Positions 36,385 to 64,000 of a stretch of DNA of 64,000 nt are shown piece by piece. Numbering within the stretch: the stretch's first letter is position 1; the number at the start of each line of letters is the position of its first letter. The stretch spans positions 74,836,001 to 74,900,000 of the forward strand of contig NC_045696.1 of assembly GCF_009834535.1 (NCBI RefSeq). The letters are read 5' to 3'. The notes under the pieces are model-generated. The model had not been told where the DNA came from and did not search any database. It saw only the letters and a list, made by a program, of their open reading frames with translations. The position numbers and the translations under genes are program-made. This DNA comes from Camelus ferus (lineage: Eukaryota).

Positions 36385-37275
36385 TTATGGACTATTTACA
36401 TCACTTCATAAAGAGCAGCTCTTTGAGATAAGGTAAGGATATTTTAAAGGAACATACTCATTTCCAGAAATAGGGATGGTTGCCATGTGGTTCAGCAATT
36501 TATTCCAAAATCCTGTTCAAGAAAGCACTTCTGCCATGTGCAAGATAGCCTTATAAAGAGTATCTCCTTTACTTTGTTGGTGATTCTAGTAATAAGACAC
36601 TTTAGCCAGAGAGGCACACAGACAAGTATTCTAGTCTTAAACATGTTAATAAAAATGATTTGATGTTATTAAATTTTTTATAGTTAAAAGGCATTTCCCA
36701 TAATTAAATATGTACTAGGCAACTGAAAACTGACCACTGTTATAGCTAATTATACATGAATGACTGAATGGTGACCTTATTACCACATTAATTTAGTAGT
36801 TAAATCTTTTGTTTTCTAGAGGTATGCGTTCCAGTTGCTAGATATATTTGTTTACTTGTGGTTTTGAGTTCAGCAGATTGACCATTTCTTTTGTGCATAA
36901 GACTTCCTGAAATCAGTAAGAGTGTATAATTTATAGAAGTACAGTATAGTTTGAATCTTAGTTTTTCAAAATCTTAATATGCCTGTACATTGTAGTAAGA
37001 AATTTGCATCAATATTGTAGTTCTGGTGCCTAATAATTTTTCTTTTTACCTTGTAAGAAAGATTTAAACATAATGTGCCTCAGTAGGTTTACTTATAGAT
37101 TCTTTATTCACTTCATAAAGAACAGTTTTTAAGATGTTGCAAGAATATCTTAAAGGCACATATTCTTTTCTAAAACAAAGTGGAGGGATTGCCACGTGAT
37201 TCAGCACATCATCCCATAAACCTGCCCAAGAAAGCACTTCGTGCTGTCAGCAAGGACATTGCTTTCACTCTGATG
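36385..37275 (+). repeat. Diverged direct repeat pair in the GNB4 3' UTR (cores 36401-36545 and 37108-37255)
   Basis: Collinear shared blocks tcacttcataaag, ttaaagg.acata, ttgcca.gtg.ttcagca, caagaaagcacttc. Confidence 0.85.
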
Positions 37276-38900
37276 GAAAGGCTTCATTTTTGGCAGCTAT
37301 GCTATTAGAGATTTAGACTACATACTCCAAGGTCCTCCCTAGCTCAGATTTTTACAGTTGTGAGTCCATGGTTACAACAGCATGTTGAGTTCCATCTTCA
37401 GAGAGGCAAAGATTTAGCTTAATATTTCAAGAGATACTTAACTATCAAGAAATACTTCTCAATTCTCCAATAGAGCCTAGTAGGCAATCTCCTTATTTTA
37501 ATTTAGAGTCAGCTGAACTGATTAATATTGCATGATGATAGTAAATTAGTCTCCTAGACATAACAGATGTAGATGCTTCTCGAATATGTTAAGTCATTTT
37601 AAAGTTAACCTATTGAAAGAGAAATGGAGCTTCTCCAGGTGACAAAATGAAATTTTTATTATTGTTAAAAAAAATACCGTGTCAATATTACATGGCTAAT
37701 CTCCAACACTTTTGATGTGTTAGATTTAGTAATAAATTAAGACTTTAACTGTTTTAAAAATGAAGATGTTCAGGGAAATTTATGCTTGATTATTGGTGAA
37801 TGTCTCAGTTTAAATTATAACACAGTTGAACACTTGTGACCTACCTGTTGATGTGTTTAAAGTTAATGGAAACCGATTAAACAATCTCCCAAATGGGCCT
37901 ATCATTTTAATAATAATGTTCTAAAACCTTTAGGGTATGATTCAGGCTTAAAAACATTTTAAAGTTAAGTGCTATGTTCAGTTTCTAATACCCCTTTTGC
38001 CATTGTGAAAAGTGAAATTTTAAATGGTTTCTTACCTCCTGTTAGAATTTTTAAAACACTCACCAGTCAGACTATCTTTCTTGTGAGAAAGGGTAGCACA
38101 ATGAATAAAATTGGTATTTTAAGTTAGATTAAGTAGAATGTGAAGTACATTTCATAATTAATAATTTTTCTCCCATTTTCAGTTGTCTTAAATTCAGTGC
38201 AGTATTTAAAAATGTTGGTTCCAATAGGTACTCATTAAAATGGTGTGTGATTGAATGTCTAAGCTAGCATAGTTTAAAAAAGTAATTTATTAATCAGATT
38301 GATGGTACACCTTGTATTTAGCAAATTTGTTTGCATGTTGATAAAATTTCCTGTCTTTTTTCTTAAATCCAATTATTGAGCCTATAAAATAGTTGATTAA
38401 TGCAGCATATGAAAAACTGGTTATGTGTTTCAACTGGTGTTATATGTGCCTGACAAAATCTTACATCATCCAGTATTTATTTTTTAATAGAACTTCAGTG
38501 ATATACTTGGTAAATACTTCAAGCCTTTTCTGTCTCTTACACAATGGTGCTCTATCCTATTGTTTTCTCTTTTCCAAGAAGCATCTGAACACTTGCATTT
38601 GCGTATTCTTATCCAAAGGCATTGACATCTAAGTGGGTTTTTAAAGTTATCAAAATGTTTTTCTTCACCTAGAATGGTTTCTACACTTGTGGCCAACTGA
38701 ATCTGAATGTCAGTAGTTTGCAGTTAGACTATGGGAAGGTGAATGTACTAGATTAAAGCTCTTATAAAAAGCTTTCCACCAAACTATGGACTTGTATCAT
38801 GATTTAGCAGTACTCTTGGATCTTTCCTGCACAGTGATTCCTTCCTTTATGTGTGCAGTAGCTCTGTGAAATAATGTTGCTGTGAATTGATACTGTAATC

Positions 38901-38906
38901 AATAAA
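38901..38906 (+). terminator. Probable GNB4 distal polyadenylation signal AATAAA
   Basis: TGTA motif just upstream (actgtaatc AATAAA) and T/GT-rich sequence downstream. Confidence 0.65.
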
Positions 38907-39328
38907 GTGCTTTTAACCAGAGTTCATGTAGCATGTTTTAAGTCAATTTTTAGTAGGATCACTTTTAATTAAGTCCCAGAACTAAACTCCAAGCCCAGTA
39001 TTTCATGCTCAGCTCTGATTCCTTTATCTAAACACAGGTAATTATTTTGTCATAAAAAATGAATGGGCTGCTGGTAGCAAGGAAGAGACTGGAGTGCCAC
39101 TGACCTATCCTATAGTACTGTGAATGTTAGCCTACTATTAAAAGGCCACAGATTTTCATTAAAAAGCAAAATTACATCACTCTTTCCCTAAAGCTCCCCC
39201 TTAGGATAAAGATGAGCCAGTCTCCCCAAGATAGTTTATATGTCTACCATAAAAATCATTAATAAAAGGTTAAAACTCACTAAATGCCAGTATAAATGCT
39301 ACATTTACCAACTATCAGGCAAACAAGT

Positions 39329-39334
39329 TTTATT
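39329..39334 (-). terminator. Candidate MFN1 distal polyadenylation signal (AATAAA on - strand)
   Basis: tttatt on the + strand; several TGTA motifs upstream on the - strand. Confidence 0.55.
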
Positions 39335-39666
39335 TTCACCTTGTAAGCTTGCATACTTATAAAATGTAGTGTTGTAAAAAGTTTAAGCTTATACAAAGTT
39401 TATAAATAATTCTGCAAACATACATAGCAGACAATCAAGTAAATGTGCAATAACCTTGAACTACATCAGCTGTATAAATCACATCATTTCTTTATAATTC
39501 ACAGGCTTGGTCATAGGTGTACTTATCTCCTGGTGTAAAGGTTGGGTTTCATTATTTTAGTATCCCATTTCCAACGTTCATACATTTTCGAACTTATCAG
39601 GCACAACTGCCTTCAAGCTAGTGATGGAGAACTTTAGTATAAACTTACTCTCCAGAACCACTATTC

Positions 39667-39783
39667 CAGGAGTTCCCAAACTTTAGCATGTATCAGGATC
39701 ACCTAGTATTTGATTCAGTAGGTCTGGTGTGAGAAGTTGACAAGTGATACTGTTGATCAAGGAACTAACTTTGAGAACCACCG
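39667..39783. mobile_element. MER5A-like hAT MITE (internally deleted) in the MFN1 3' UTR region
   Basis: caggagttcccaaacttt...gattcagtaggtctgg...actttgagaaccac. Confidence 0.75.
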
Positions 39784-41342
39784 TGCTACAGTAATGCGGT
39801 GACACCAAACCACTATGCTATTTCAAAAGTTCAAGTACTTGCATATATATATTAAGGCCTTGAGCTCATAACCTTAATCAGCCTTACTCAGTCCTAGACA
39901 TCAGTTTTTTATGTTACAGTTGTTACCTAATCCCACTTCTTAGTGGCTTGTATCATTTTTTGGTTATAAAGCAACATCATTAGCTATAAACCAATATTTG
40001 TTTGGATTTGAATATTGCATCATAGTATCTGATGTGCTTAAAAATGTGTTTTTAAAAGGCTTCTATGGCCTAAATAATGTTATTTTCTCTTTAAAATATC
40101 CTAAGAAATAGTGTTGCACCTGCTATGAAAAGACCTGGAATATCCACAAGCCTTAAAGGCACAGAAAAGGAAGTAGTCAGTATTAAAAGAAAAAAGCCTG
40201 GAACATCCTTCCCTGGAAAAGCAGCACACACTAAAGCACTGTGTCCTCTGGGATTGTGCATTTCTAACTAGCGTGTGGGTTATGTTGATTTGGTGGTCCT
40301 CAAAATTACATTTTGTTCAGCAAAGCCCTAGAATGTCAGTTTTAAGTTTCAGTTAGTTTTTAACAGAGAAACAGACACAATTCTTGAACCCCAAAACATT
40401 TCATTATGGTACAAAATACAGTCATAATTTTTAACCGTGCCCTGACAAATTCATACAATTCAATAAATATAAAAGCTACCGGGGCAGGGGCGGGGGATGA
40501 CGACAATCCAGCAGTATCCTTGGCAAGCACCTTCTGAGGAACACTGTTAAACATACATGACTGTCATGTAACCACCCAAAATTCAGACCTTCCATATCTT
40601 TGGCTATTTTTATCACTTCAAACTTGACTTCTAAAACTGAGATAGAAAGTGTTCTTTACTGGAATCAGAGTTGAGGCTGAAATGTTTCTTTAGAAACAGG
40701 TGAGCAAACTTAGACCCAGATACTTTTATAAGAGACTATTTGTAATAACAAACCTGAATACTGTTTTGTATCAGTTTTAATGGGAATAAAAGGAGTAAAA
40801 ACAGCATTATGTATTAGTGGTTTACATACCTGCTGGGATGGCAAAAGTGATTGTAACCTGCATAAATAATACACTCAAGAACATTCCACACTCCCTTGTG
40901 GTTAGAGCAATGCAGTTTATAAAACAAGAAGGTGACTATTCCCATTCAAGTAGGCATCAAAAATTAGTTTTGAGAAAGAAGATGAAAAGAGCATTCTCTA
41001 ACTCCTGGATGCCAGGAAGCAGAGTTTTTCAGAATCAAAAACAAAGAGAGCCCTAATTAAGAGCAGGGCCCCACCCCTCAGGGGTCACAGAGTTGGTTCT
41101 TTTGCTATTAACGAATTCATTATTGTCACACAAAGGATCTTTCTTTACCCAAAATTAAAACTAAAGAGACATCATAACATTCTTCAGAAATGCAAACACC
41201 CTGAGATAGATCAATACCAGAATCTACTCAAGGATTTGCTACTTAGATACAGTTAGTATAATTCATAAAGTCACTTCATAAAAATAACTGCCCCAACCTT
41301 ACAAGCTCCATTTTCTCCTATGATGATTACCAAGGCAATCTC

Positions 41343-63797
<22,455 letters not shown>

Positions 63798-64000
63798 CTG
63801 AAGAATGAATACATAAAATCATGAAAAACAAAACATAACAGTAAAAACTTTGTTCTTTCACTGGGTCGAAGGCCAACTTTTTTAGAATGGAAATTTTGTA
63901 AATTTCATCAGATTACACTTTCCATGAAAACGTTGACAACTTGATTTACACAACTGTTGGCAATGCACATTTCAGAAAAATTGAGGAAAACAAATCCTAC

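Larger units (their letters stand above)
34595..38925 (+). other. GNB4: GNB4 long 3' UTR (end approximate)
   Basis: AT-rich, largely free of young repeats, from the stop codon to AATAAA at 38901. Confidence 0.7.
39310..41342 (-). other. MFN1: MFN1 3' UTR (longest plausible form; end approximate)
   Basis: Runs from the stop codon to the minus-strand AATAAA at 39329-39334. Confidence 0.55.

Noticed and set aside
40480..40497. G-run cluster ggggcaggggcggggg
   Set aside because: Only three G-tracts, and C-rich in the MFN1 mRNA; weak as a G-quadruplex or promoter GC box

Overview
Mammalian genomic DNA, most likely a camelid (inferred from five short tRNA-derived SINEs resembling the camelid Vic-1 family). 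The window holds two convergent protein-coding genes. GNB4 (G-protein beta-4, + strand) has all 9 coding exons present, from ATG at 11185 to TAA at 34594 (1023 nt, 340 aa), and a ~4.3 kb 3' UTR; its promoter and first exon lie upstream of the window. MFN1 (mitofusin-1, - strand) has 15 coding exons from the GTPase P-loop exon (63797) to TAA at 41343; its 5' end lies beyond the window. All introns are GT-AG and both frames are intact. The rest is intron filled with L1, L2, MIR, LTR, hAT/Tigger MITE and SINE remnants. Most ORFs in the supplied track are exon fragments, L1 remnants or noise. I see no evidence of a new multi-gene system. The best leads are: a candidate GNB4 5' UTR cassette exon (653-728) that would create a uORF in frame with the CDS; a 3'-truncated L1 flanked by an unusually long (~42-47 bp) duplication; a diverged ~150 bp direct repeat in the GNB4 3' UTR; and the closely spaced GNB4/MFN1 3' ends. 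Repeat family names and human comparisons come from recall, not from database searches.
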